DNA from: Phyllosticta citribraziliensis
Taxonomy: Eukaryota
Direction: 5' to 3'
NCBI RefSeq assembly: GCF_038025025.1
Contig: NW_027117341.1
Span: 2,170,001-2,234,000, forward strand
Length of the DNA: 64,000 nucleotides
The translations under genes were made by a program, and so were the position numbers. The notes beneath the pieces are model-generated. The model ran no database searches. It was given only the letters and a program-made list of their open reading frames with translations, and had not been told where the DNA came from. Position 1 is the first letter of the stretch; each line of letters starts with the position of its first letter. Shown here one piece after another: positions 45,167-57,199 of this stretch.

Positions 45167-46243
45167 TCAACCCAGATGCTCTTTCAAAGCCTCCAAGCTC
45201 CCCCTGAAATCGGCAATCTCAGCGACAGTAATGCCGAGCTCTTCCTTGGACACAAACTGGTCCTTGACATGCTCATACCAATCTGGAACCGCCTCTCCAA
45301 ACTTGAGCTGCAGCGCCGCCTCTTGGCCGGCCACTCCGAGAAGCGCCGCAAACGACTCGACGGAAATCTCCATGAAGACGCCGGTCTTGCCCGTGACTTC
45401 CGACCACGTCTTGAGCAGGTAGTCGAGCGTGCAGACCTCGGCGCAGACGGCGGCGTACTTGCCGTGCGTCTTGCTTGGGTTGGCGAGGATTTGGCGCACG
45501 AAAACACCGGGCGCCACGGTCATGTCGCCAGAAATAGGGACTTTGGCTTCTTTCTTGGACGGTACGAGCCACACGTATCTTCCTGGCGCGAAAGGCTGAT
45601 TTTCGGTTAGCTGCAAGCCATGGAATGTTCAGCAGGGCGGGAACTCACCACAGGCATCGGCTTGAGCATGGGGAAGTACGCAAAGTTGGACGGGTAGAAG
45701 CCAAAGAACAGCGACGTCGTCTTCGCCGCCAAAGCCGGCAACTCGTCACGAATGCGACGATCAACTACGGCCTTGTAGTCGAAGTGCGGCACGGGGTGCT
45801 TGCCGCCAGTAATTTCTTTTGCCGCTGGCAACGTGCTCCAGATGTAGTGCTCCAACGTTGGAATCTCGGCTGCCGCCCGCGCAAGCGTCATACCCTGGCG
45901 CTCTTCGATCTCGCCGCACGCTTCTTGGTTGTGCCCGCGGCGGAGGTACTCCCACCAGTTTGTCAGGGCAAAGATGGCGTGCGCGCCCTGTGAGGTGTGA
46001 GAATGTTCTTTTTACTGCGGTCACGCGTTGCAAACTGACCTCAAAGGCTTTCTTGACCGACTTCTCATCATCATAGTCTGCGACAACGATCTCTGCTCCT
46101 TTGGCCGCAATTGCTTTCGCCGCGTCACTCTCTGGGTTTCTCGTGACAGCGCGAACCTTCCACTCGCCCGTCTCCAGCATGACGCGGACGATGGAGGAAC
46201 CCTGCGTGCCAGTGGCACCAGTGACGACAATTGTCTTTGCCAT
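45167..46243 (-). CDS. NmrA-like family protein, three exons
   Basis: MAKTIVVTGATGTQGSSI, VRAVTRNPES, LEHYIWSTL and VPHFDYKA; introns near 45990-46038 and 45610-45647. Confidence 0.9.
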
Positions 46244-47207
46244 AATTCTTTCGACGCGTTTGCCTGTCGTTGAGCCGAGATTGAAGACTGAAGCGGCAGG
46301 AAAATGTTCCAAAGGTGCGTTCTTCTAGGTGTGTAGACTCTGATCTTGCCCAGAAACTCTGTTGCCAACAGCCGTTCCGCGGACGCCCCGCGGACGGACC
46401 TCGATGACTTGATGTAAAGAATACCACCTTTTCGATGTTTCGGATCATTGATTTTGTGCGAGTGCTTGCATAACTCGAAGCGCCCCGCCCCCGGCCGCGA
46501 TGTTTTTACCGCAACAGGAAGTTCTCGGGGGTTTTCGGAGGGTTTTGCGGCAACGATCTGCCAACACCACAACAGTCAGCCACCGTCCACGCACCTTTCT
46601 GGCTTCTATTCCACACGTTTTGCCTCCGGATCAGGACGTTTGGAGTCTTACTTGTGTAATCCGACCGAAAAGGGTTCATTTGGATTTCATAATCGTCTCG
46701 CAGCGTCGACGCCCCGTGAGCCCCGGTCCCTTGGCCGAAAGGAGCGCCTCCAGAACAAAACCCCCGTCGATGACCGACGCGCCACCCCGTGTGCTCCGCC
46801 CGTTCCCCATGGGTCGTCCCGTCGGTCACCGGCCATTTATTCCCCGCATGCCCGTCACGGTCCGGTCCGAAAGCTTGGATGGACCTCAGGGCCTCCGGAT
46901 GCTCTTCATCAGGACCCTTGGATTCTCAGGCTTCAGGCCATGTGGCTTTTCAGGTCTCCAGATCCACGGGTGAAGCTATGTCGGGACGGACTCGGCAGTT
47001 GGATGCTGGCAATCCTCCATGTCAAAAGTTCCAGAACATGGCTGACCGTGGGGTGATGATCACGCTCCTTCGGGGGGTTTGGTGTTGACGTCCATTCCAT
47101 TTATCTCGCCTTTGCCGCCGCCCCGCTAGTGATTGGACGACTTTTCTGCGCTCTTTGCTCTTTGGACCTCGTCGTTGTTTGCTGTCTTCTGGAATCACAC
47201 AATCAAT

Positions 47208-48640
47208 ATGCGTCCTTCATTTGGTTCCGTCTGCGCGAGGCGGATGCCTGTCCGCCGCGTCGCTGCTCCGCAATTTTTCGCACAAATCAGAGGATATGCT
47301 CAGGTCAAGGAGCGCGGCGCAATGATCAAGGAGCCTATGAAGCTCTCTGGCGTGCTCAAGGGCTACAACCAGTTCCTGGTCACGCCCACCGCCGGGACTG
47401 AATTCACTGATGCCAACCTGACCGAATGGGTCAACGCACCGAACTCGGATGAGCTGCTGAGAGATTTGGCAATTACCAGTAAGTTTGAACTGACAGCTCG
47501 ATTGCGCCGGCGTTTCTCTAACTTTGAAAGTTGCTCGTCGCGGCGTCGTCTTCTTCCGCAACCAGAATGACATGGATACCACGGTCCAGAAGAAGCTCAT
47601 CCAGCGCATGGGTGAGCTCACTGGCAAGCCCTCAACCTCCAAACTCCACATTCACCCCATTCTCAACCCGCAACGTGAGAACGGCGGCAACGATCTGGAA
47701 ATCAGCACAATCAGCTCGCGGCAACGGAAGAGCTACTTTGGCAAGCACGACGGAAAGGTCATTGGTGGCAAGCGCCAGCAGATCGAGGCATGGCACAGCG
47801 ACATTCAGTCGGAGCCTGTGCCGTCGGACTTCACTTGCTTGCGCTTGTCTGAGCTTCCGAGCTGCGGAGGAGGTATGGCTGACTATGAATTCGAGTCGTT
47901 TGAGCGAGGCTGACATGGTACGCAAGATACGCTCTGGGCCTCTGGCTACGAAGTCTACGACCGCCTCAGCCCTCCGATGCAGAAATTTCTGGAGCATTTC
48001 ACCGCCAACTACGACGCGCCCTGTAAGTTCCTTTGCTATCGCGCTTTTTCTTGCAGTCACTGATCATGGACAGTCTTCACCGACATGGCAAAGAAGGCCG
48101 GCCTCAAGCTCTACGACAAGCCCCGCGGCTCTCCCGAGAACGTTGGCGCAATCCTCAGTGCCGTGCACCCCGTCGTTCGCACAAACCCAGTGACTGGCTG
48201 GAAGAGCATCTTTGCGCTCGGTGCCTACGTATGTTGTTCGCACATCACCTCGAAATGACACTGCTGACGCGGATTCGCAGCCCAAATCCATCAACGGACT
48301 CACACAGGAAGAGAGCGAGACGCTGCTCAACTTCCTCATGGAATTCGTATACCGCAACCACGACCTGCAGGTCCGTTTCAGGTGGCAGAGCCCCAACGAC
48401 ATGGGTAAGAGACGCCCCACCCCTCTCTGCGCTTGGGAACCCAAAACTGACTTTTGCTCCACAGCCATCTGGGACAACCGCAGCATGATGCACAACGCGA
48501 CGCTGGACTACGACGACTACGGCGAGAGATTCGGATACCGGGTCTGTGGAATCGGTGAGAAGCCGTACTTTGACCCCAACAGCTTGTCGAGGCGCGAGGC
48601 TCTGGAGTTGGAGGCGAAGGAGGCGGAGGCTTCTGCATAG
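47208..48640 (+). CDS. TauD/TfdA-family Fe(II)/2-oxoglutarate (sulfonate) dioxygenase, multi-exon
   Basis: VTPTAGTEF, RGVVFFRNQ, WHSDIQSE (HxD), DTLWASGY, HPVVRTNPVTGWK and AIWDNRSMMH across exons. Confidence 0.92.
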
Positions 48641-49251
48641 ATGTTCCTTGGAGTTGGTGTGTCTGTACGATAAAAGAGGCTGCGTCTGTTTGTTTTGCAT
48701 TTGATTGCTAGATCATCATGAGAAAATTCGAGGATCAAGTCGTTCAACTGTCTCTGCTGAACAACCATTACGAAGAAGTGAGGACGCACTTTGTCGTTCA
48801 CGTTACGGCTTCCTGTGATCAAATTGCCTGCTGCTTCTCTTCCCTTTGCTTCTCGTTGGCCACCGAGAACTTGAATAATCTCGCGTTTGCGCGTGCTTTC
48901 AATTGCATTCAGGACTCGCACGACGCGGGCAGCATTCGCCTCCGCTTACGAAATGTCTTGGAACGAGCCGTTCTCCATGACAAATCTAATGCATCCGCAA
49001 GAACAAATGAAACGAAGCACAGGGAAGGGCGCCTACAACGGTCGGAGAACTGCTAGCGCATACAACTACTGGGACAGAAATGGTGCGACGAGGCTTTGGC
49101 AGCCAAATTGGAGGATCTGGTTTCGAAACAAGCATCACAAACCCCGCCACACAACAATGCGCAACAAACATTAAAGTCAAAACTCCACATTGTGATGCGA
49201 TTTACATGCTCAACACCATGGTCTCAACCTTCTCCGCCTTCTCCACCATGT

Positions 49252-50595
49252 TCAAGCTTCTGGAATCGGCACCGGACCCACCGGCTTCACCACGCCCGGC
49301 AGCCACACCTGATGCGCCGTCCTGCTACCCCACGACAGCGGGTAGTCGATCTTGGAGTGGTTGAGACCCCAGTTCTGGAACAGCATGATGTCACCCTCCT
49401 CCGGCGGCCCGACCCAGATGTACTCCGGCTTAAGAATGCGCTGCTGGATGTCCGTCAGGAACTGTCGAACCTCGTCCAGGTCGTCGATGACCTTGGGCTT
49501 CTCGGTGGGGCTTGAGCGGAGGAACAAACGGCGCGCGCAATTGTGCTGCACCTGGAAAGACTTCTCGCCTGTGACGGGGTTGACCCACACCAGTGGGTGC
49601 TGCGCAATATTGTCAGCAACGCTCGCTCGATTTGAATGTGCAAACTCACCGTCTTCTGCCACTCGGGCTTCACGTTTGGAATCTTCTCCATCTCCTCCAA
49701 CGGTGTCTCCCTGCCCTCCGAAGCCACACCAATGCCGTTCGGGTTGCCACGACCGCCCTTGACATACTCGTACGGGTACCACATGTACTCGACCCAGCTG
49801 TGATCGGCCAGCTTCTTCTCTTCCTCGCTCAGCATGTTGTACAGCTGTGCAGTGTCCAAAAACGCCGTGCGGCCAGGTTTAACCTTCATGCTTTGTCCAG
49901 TACCGTCGGCCCACTCAACTTCCTGCTCGCGCGCCTCGTTGGGAAGCTTCAGAGAGCGGAAAGACGTAAAGGTCGGCGGCTCGAACTGGTAGAATGTGCC
50001 GTCAAGGTGCCACCAGTGCCAGCGTGTCTTGCCATTCTCAAAGTCCTCCTCGCTCAGCGGTTTCGCGTAGTAGTGAAGGAAATCGGCCTTTCCCATGTCA
50101 AAGTTCTTCTTGCCGTAGTGGTCGTCGCCCTGGTAGCCTTTGCCAATGGTGAGGACTTCGCCGTCGTCCAACACCGAAATGTAGTTTAGCACACCCTATT
50201 GTCATGGTCAGGACTGAGTGTTGCCTCCAGGATGGTGCACTCACAAAGAGGCCATCGCCAGTTGGCCCAGGTGGGTAGAAGGAGTACGCCGTTTCCGCGC
50301 GAGTCAAAGCAGGAGCCTTTGGATCGAGGCGCTTCATGAGTTCCCACTGCTTCCTTGGTTCCAGCGCCTTCTGGTTCTTGACAACGACCAATTTGTTCTT
50401 CCAGATCTCGTCGCGCAGCTGCGTAAGAGCAGCATCGTCAATGTTGTTCAGGTCGAGGTCAACAATGACGGCACCAAACTGGGGGACGTCAGCTCAGGTT
50501 TACGCGCACGCAATGCAAAAACGTACGTTGGCTTTCTTGCCAGGCCCATGGTCCAAGGGCTGAATCTTGAAAGATGATGGCGCAATCGAACCCAT
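49252..50595 (-). CDS. TauD-superfamily dioxygenase, XanA (xanthine dioxygenase)-like, multi-exon
   Basis: ATG at 50595. FGAVIVDLDLN, WHWWHLDGTFY (HxD), WADGTG..MKVKPGRTAF, HPLVWVNPVTGEKSFQV and FQNWGLNHS. Confidence 0.8.
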
Positions 50596-51524
50596 TTTTG
50601 CTGTCTTTGATTGCTACTGGTTCTGAGCAAGAGATTGAAGTTTTGGAACTGATGGAAAAGACAAGATGATGGCCTCTGTCAAAGATGGCGAACAAAGGGT
50701 CGATTGATCAACGTCGAGCCGCGGAGCTCTGACTACAGATTCTGGGGAAAGCTCAAGACTCAAAGCCGAGGCCACGAGAGCTCGAGGATCACCATCGGCA
50801 AGATATCAAGCTGGCGGAAGCCCCCAAGCTCCGCCTCCGTGGGGCTTACCGTCGGAGTGCCCTCGAGCACCGAGATGTGGTACTTGCAGCGGTGGCAGAC
50901 ATCTTCCACAAGGCGAACTTTGGCCAAGGTCGTTCGACGCCTCGTTCGACGCCTCAGCGTGCTCGTAATTCACCGTCGAGACAAGGCGCGGGATCGAGTT
51001 GCACTGTCGGGTCGATTTGCCGTGCTGTGGCGAAAGGGGCCTCTGCGACAGCTTGTAGAACAGGAAATGCCATGGCGGCAGTTGCGAGGTTGCTCAAATT
51101 TGCCGAGCTGAGCGTTGTGAAGCATCGGGGGGTTTCTTCGAGTCATTGGTCGCCGCTCCGGCGGGGCCGACCATCTCGCATCAGTACGACGTGTTCGAGT
51201 TCGAGTTCGCCAGCCTGTCTCTTTGAGTGGCCTCTCGTTCCCGCCTCATGATCCTGTGAATCTCCTCTTGCAACTCGCCTAGGGAAATACTAGAAGCGAG
51301 CGCCGCTTTCGTCGCCTCTAGCACCCGAACCAAATTTGCACTTGCATTGCGTTAATCGCGGGGCTTCTTCTCGCGGCCGCGAGCGATTCAGCCGGGAGAA
51401 CGTGGCGCAATAATTGAGCGCAATTGAAGTAAATGTTTATAGTCATGACAATTGTTGAATACAAAATCTGGCAGCCCCCAGGGATGCAAAATGAAGTTGA
51501 ATCGCCGCTGACAAAGTCTGCCAT

Positions 51525-53030
51525 CTACACGGGAATACTCTGATCATTCGACGTGAACAGGCCATCCGGATCGACCTTCCTCTTAATCTCTTGCAAGCGC
51601 TCAAAATTCGCGCCGTATAACCGCCCGCGCCATTCCGCAAAAGTTAGTTGCGTGTCGGGATAGTTTATGTACCCACGAAGAGAGGAGTCGGCATCCCGGA
51701 GCGCCTTTTCGAAAGGCAACATTTGTTTCTTCAAGTAATCCACCCCATCAGCAGGCCAGTCTTTGACGGCGTCGGCTTGCCATCGGATCAGCCACAGATT
51801 GTTGCCGTATGCGGCGGCTTGCTCTGTGTCTTTGATCTTTTGACTGAAGCCACCCCACAGGTCGAGGTATCCAGATTTCTTCATGTCGTCGCGCTTGAAT
51901 GCATAGGTCGTGTATTTGTACAGAGTGGTTGCGAGATCCTGCGTGAAGGGTTGCGCCGCCGTTAAAGTGAGGGATTGAACGTAGAATGCTCGTCCAGGGG
52001 AATCGCCGCCATTGGGTTGGTCGAGGCCGGGCGCAACGTATGAATCGAGGGTGAAGAAGTCGTACTCGTCCTTTTTCAGCTTCGATCCACCCGGGAGCTT
52101 TTGCATCAAAGGCTGCATGATTTGGTCGAACTTGGCCGGATCTTCGTAGAAATAACCAGTCCCTTGGTACGGAGGAGAAGTCAGCTTCCAACGCAAAGCC
52201 CATTCCTCGGGTGCGTCTTTCAACGCGAAGTCCTGGATAGCCAAAAGAGCCTTCGTTCCAGTTTCAAGGTCGACATCGCCCACATCCAGCGTAAAGTTGA
52301 CTGCGCGCTGGTATTTTGGCTTCCAAGTTCTAATGGTCATCGTCAAGATTACTCCCATTGAAGGACCGGCTCCCTTAGTGGCCCACAAGAGATCGGAGTT
52401 GGTGTATTGCGTTGCTTTGATGATGGTACCATTGTAGGCCATGTATTCAACCGCCTCAATGGTGTCGAGAGTGGTGCCGAGGAATCTCGTGGTCGATCCA
52501 AAGCCTCCTCCGCATGCCGACCCAGTGAGACCGACATGACCAGCTCTCACGTGAGGAAAATGTCGTTGGTGGTTATCCCACAGCCATTTCGCAGCCGGCC
52601 CCACACGGATGCCGCCCTCGAACGTGAAAAGACCCTTCTCGCCTTCCTGAAACGAAACAATCCGAGTAAAGGCACCGAGGTTGATGACGAGATTCCCAGG
52701 TTTTCCAAAGCCAAAGGCGCCGAACGAATGATCCCCTCCTAGGCAGGAGACTTTGGCATTGTTTTCAACTGCACAGCGAAGAGCAGCGGCGATCTGATCG
52801 CGGGTGTTGGGAAATGAAACCACCGCCGGGTCCGGCTTGAGACGCAGCTGGAATGGAAGAGTCTCTTGCGCCCAGGTCTTGTCGCCATCGAGGATGTTGC
52901 GGACTCCAGCTTTGGAAAGGCAAGAAGAAAGCGCGGTTTCCAGTGGGGAGACACACTCAGCGTGGACGGTCAGTAATGCTGCACACAAAAAGTGATTAAG
53001 AATGAAGAGCTTCATGATGAGACACAGCAT
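51525..53030 (-). CDS. Secreted FAD-linked oxidase (berberine-bridge-enzyme-like)
   Basis: Signal peptide; GGDHSF (covalent-His region), GGGFG, NSDLLWATKGAG and GYINYPD...YGANFERLQEIKRKVDP. Confidence 0.92.
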   Translation of the reverse strand: MLCLIMKLFILNHFLCAALLTVHAECVSPLETALSSCLSKAGVRNILDGDKTWAQETLPFQLRLKPDPAVVSFPNTRDQIAAALRCAVENNAKVSCLGGDHSFGAFGFGKPGNLVINLGAFTRIVSFQEGEKGLFTFEGGIRVGPAAKWLWDNHQRHFPHVRAGHVGLTGSACGGGFGSTTRFLGTTLDTIEAVEYMAYNGTIIKATQYTNSDLLWATKGAGPSMGVILTMTIRTWKPKYQRAVNFTLDVGDVDLETGTKALLAIQDFALKDAPEEWALRWKLTSPPYQGTGYFYEDPAKFDQIMQPLMQKLPGGSKLKKDEYDFFTLDSYVAPGLDQPNGGDSPGRAFYVQSLTLTAAQPFTQDLATTLYKYTTYAFKRDDMKKSGYLDLWGGFSQKIKDTEQAAAYGNNLWLIRWQADAVKDWPADGVDYLKKQMLPFEKALRDADSSLRGYINYPDTQLTFAEWRGRLYGANFERLQEIKRKVDPDGLFTSNDQSIPV

Positions 53031-54067
53031 TGAGGCGCTATTTGGGATGGCGAAAGAAGTAGCTCTTCTAAGGCCTCACGTTCGAGGATGCGGCTCTCAT
53101 TTCCCAGTCTGTCCGTGCCGCAAACTCAGGATTGAATCTCCAAGAAGAAGGTGGTTCCGTTTTAGTGTTGAAGCTTAGCTTGTCAGTAAAGCTTGACCCA
53201 GGATTTCCGCCCTCGGCCGTTGATTTGCGTGTCGCAGCGGAAGCTTGAGCGCTTAGGATCTATGCGATGCGCTTGACTAAGGAGCGACTTGTGCTAGCTG
53301 GCAGCATCTTCGTGAGTCGTTCCACACCGTCTGTTTACCGAAAAGGAAGCTGCAATCTGTTTCCTGCATGGCGGACCAGTGAAACGGCCCTTGACTTCCA
53401 TAGTGTATGACGCGGTTGGGTCTTGTCCCGGCTCGACCATGCAGCTGAACATGTCACATCCTTGCGACAAGGCGTTCGACGGAGATTCTTCAGTAGATAT
53501 TTGGTCCCCTGTTTCCGGGTTAAGGAATGACATGGGATGACAGAGATTGAGAGGCGCGCTATAGTCTTTCGCGTCGCAACTCCCGCGCAGCGACGCTCAG
53601 CAGAAAGCCTTCATGGCTTCAACATTCACGCGTGTCTCCGCATACTTTTCGCGCCTGAAAAAGAAGCTGTCAGTAATCGGGAAGGGAATGCAACAGGTGT
53701 GAAAACGCAGCGATCCTGGGCGGTAAACGTCCAGAATCTATCAAGCTGTGACGTACACCCCAACGCTAGCGAGCTCTAACCCTGTGTGTCTCTTCCAGCC
53801 CAGCGGCGTCGCGACGACCATCTTCCTTGGAGCTTCGGTCAGGCACCGCGTTGAAGGAAATGTTTTCCGAATGTGGCCTACAAGGCCTGTCGATGACAAC
53901 GCTGAACTCCTCTGCAAAGCCGCGGGCAGGTGCTAACGCTGAGGGATATAGTGGCAACGACGCAAGTGGCGAGCTGAGCGATGAGTAGAGGAACGAATCG
54001 AAAATAGAATTAGGCGATGAAGCGGGCATGAGTTGCGGGATCGACTTAGTAACGAGCGGAGTGAGAG

Positions 54068-54180
54068 GTTACGCGACTAGGTTACGCCACGAGGTTATGC
54101 GACGAGGTTAGCGACGAGGTGAGCGACGAGATTACGTGATAAGGTAGAAGAGGAGGAGGAGGAGGAGGAGGAAGAGAAAG
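54068..54180 (+). repeat. About six 12-13-bp tandem repeats (GTTA.GCGACGAG) followed by (GAG)n, at the GC/AT boundary
   Basis: gttacgcgactag gttacgccacgag gttatgcgacgag gttagcgacgag gtgagcgacgag attacgtgataag, then gaggaggag. Confidence 0.75.
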
Positions 54181-57100
54181 AGGAATCTATTTTTTATCTA
54201 GTACCTAGCTAAGGCTAAGGTATACTTTCCCTTTTTAAAATATAGAGTACTATATTTTAGTTATCTATAGTATAGTATAAAATATCTAGCTAATACTAAT
54301 ACTATAGTAATTAGTAGTCTAGACTATAAGTTAGACTTAGCTACTTTATATAGAGCTAGTATTATAAAAATAAGGTCTTTATCTAAGATTAGATACTAAA
54401 GTTTAAAGATATTAAGTAGATTATTTATATTTTAATATTATATATAAGTACTATAGACTAAGCTCTATTAAATAGTTTAGCTCTTAAGTCTATAATACTA
54501 GTACTATTATAAGCTAATAGGTTATCTAATTAGTAGGCTATTTTTAAATAACTAATTATCTAGTACTAGAATATATAAGTATTATATAATATAGTATATA
54601 TAGTTTATATTTTATAGTACCTAGTACTTAGTATTTACTACTTATATATATACTAGCTATTTCTAGTTAGCTAGAGAGTAGATAGTTATTCTATATAAGT
54701 TATATAATAACTACTCTTACTCTTTATTTATTAATTATTAGTAGTCTATATTAATTTACTCTACTAGGTACTATTATTATATATCTATATATCTTTACTT
54801 AGTATTTAGTATATTTAGAATAGTAGCTCTAGTATAAATAGAAGCTCTAGTCTATATAGTTAGCCTCTAGCCCTAGCTAGAATAGTTAGTCTAATTAATA
54901 TATATTTAGCTTATATACCTATCTATAAGATAAGTTATAAAGTAGTAGCTAAAAGTACTATAATCTTATTAATTAATACTATAGTATAAGGTATATATAT
55001 AAGAGTACCTATTTAGAATATTATAGTATACTAGTATTATAAAGTTACTTCTACTATCTTACCTAAAGGCTCTAGTTAATAATAGTAATATAGATATATA
55101 AGGCCCCTTATTAAGACCTTCTCCTTACTAATTAAAAGACTAGTAGCCTACTATAGGATTAAAATAATATATTACTCTAAATTATAAAATACTCTTCTAA
55201 TCTTTTACTTAAGGTATTAATTATAAACTACCTATATAACTACTATAAATCCTACTATATCTAACTATTCTTATAAGAATAATATAATTAGTAACTAGAA
55301 TATACTACTAGCCTAGGAGCTTAAAGCCTTTATAGACTATAAGAAGAACTAAGCCTATAAGGATAAGCTATTTACTTTAGAGATTCTATAATAAGTAGAA
55401 TAGATTACTAAGCTCTTTAACCCTCTAACTACTTAGAGCCTATTAATATAATAGAATATTACTAAATAGTATCGCCTAGATTATCTATTTTAATAGGATA
55501 ATAGTAGTAATTATAAGAAAGATATAGTTATTTATACTATTAAATAGATAAGTAAGGTATATAATAGGCTATATAAGCTATTACTAGTATTTTATATATA
55601 AATTAGTATAAGTACCCTAGTTACTCTAGATATAAATACCCTAATAATATTAAGAACTAGTCTATATTTTTAAACTCTAGTAGCCCTCTTAATAGCTAGA
55701 TATAGCTCTTATTTTAGTTAAGATTTAGTATATTTACTATTTAGCTAAGCTATAAAGAGCTAGCTAAATTAGACTTCTATACCTATATAAGTCCTAGAAT
55801 TACTAGATTTATAAGTACTCTAGTTAGAATAAAAATCTTTATATAACTAGCTTAGTCTATATAAATAATAGTCCTTAGCTATTATAGATAACCTAGTAAG
55901 TACTACTATACTAAAAACTAAAAGCTTTAGTTTCTTTATATAAGTACTTTTAGACTATCTAATAACCCCTAGATTAGGCCTATAATAAATAAATAAGGCC
56001 CTAAGAATAGTAGGTATCTTTAAAGTAAAAAAGAGAAGTACTTTAGTAATATCTTAAAGATTACTATTTATAAGACCTTTAATAACTAATCTAGTAACCC
56101 TAGGCTAGTTATTAGGCTAGTTAGATAATTATTTTTTAAATAGTATTTATCTAATTAGTTAAGCTACTCTAACTATATACTTAGTAAATCTACTATCTTT
56201 ATTAGCTTATATACCTATTATTACTCTTTAAGAATATTTTTTAACTCTTATACTTAACTCTCCTACTTATAAACCTTATATAGAGTATATCTTATAACTT
56301 AATATTCTAGCTTAATCTAATAATTTAACTAAGACCTCTCTATTCTAAATACTATAAGGATATAGTTATAGTTCTTTTAGTTTTATAAAACTACTACTAT
56401 ACTTCTAAATATAATTAAGAGTATAGCTCTTAAGTTAACTTAGCTAAACCTTAGTTAGTACTTATAAATAGGAAAGTATATATTTATATACTAGTTTAAT
56501 TATAGCCTTATAGGCCTCTATTAATAAAGGTAAAGGATATTATATCTCTCTAATAGAAATAATTAAATAAAACCCCTAGTATAGTAGTAATAAGAATATA
56601 AAGGAGATATTACTCTATAGTAAAAAGAACCTATATATTAATTATAATATTAAGTAGTATAAAAACCCTTATAAAAATAGTCTTAATAATTATTAAGGAG
56701 ATAAAGGTAATAAGATCTAATAAAGGGGCTATTTAGATCTTTTAAGTATTTAAAGAGCTAGAATAATAGTACCCCTATTAAAATTATATATCTAAGCTTT
56801 TAATACCTATAGTACTAGTATAGAGTAAATATAGGCCCCTTTTTCTATTAGGGCTACTATATTAATAGCCTTTATAGTAGAAATCTTTCTATTTCTACTA
56901 GTTTAGACTATAAGAATCTTTATTCTACCTATATAGATATAAGGTATACCTACTATAGATTTTAATATAAATAATATAATTAGCCTTAATTTACTAGGTT
57001 TTAGAACTAGTACTACTAGTAGCCCTAGTACTTAAAGATTTATAGCTAGGCTAGGCCCTACTAGTTAAAAAATAGATACTTAAAGTAAGGAAAGATAGTA

Positions 57101-57199
57101 CTATAATACTATAAATAAAATAGAAGAGATTATATAAGGCCTAGTAGAATATACTATATTAATAAGCTAGATTACTAGGCTCTAGGGGCTTATCCTTAA

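Noticed and set aside
53294..54029. Minus-strand ORF fragments beside the RIP block
   Set aside because: Interrupted by stops and no recognisable domain; cannot support a call.
54300..57100. Specific transposon class for this segment (and for 61100-64000)
   Set aside because: RIP damage is too heavy to recover diagnostic motifs by eye.
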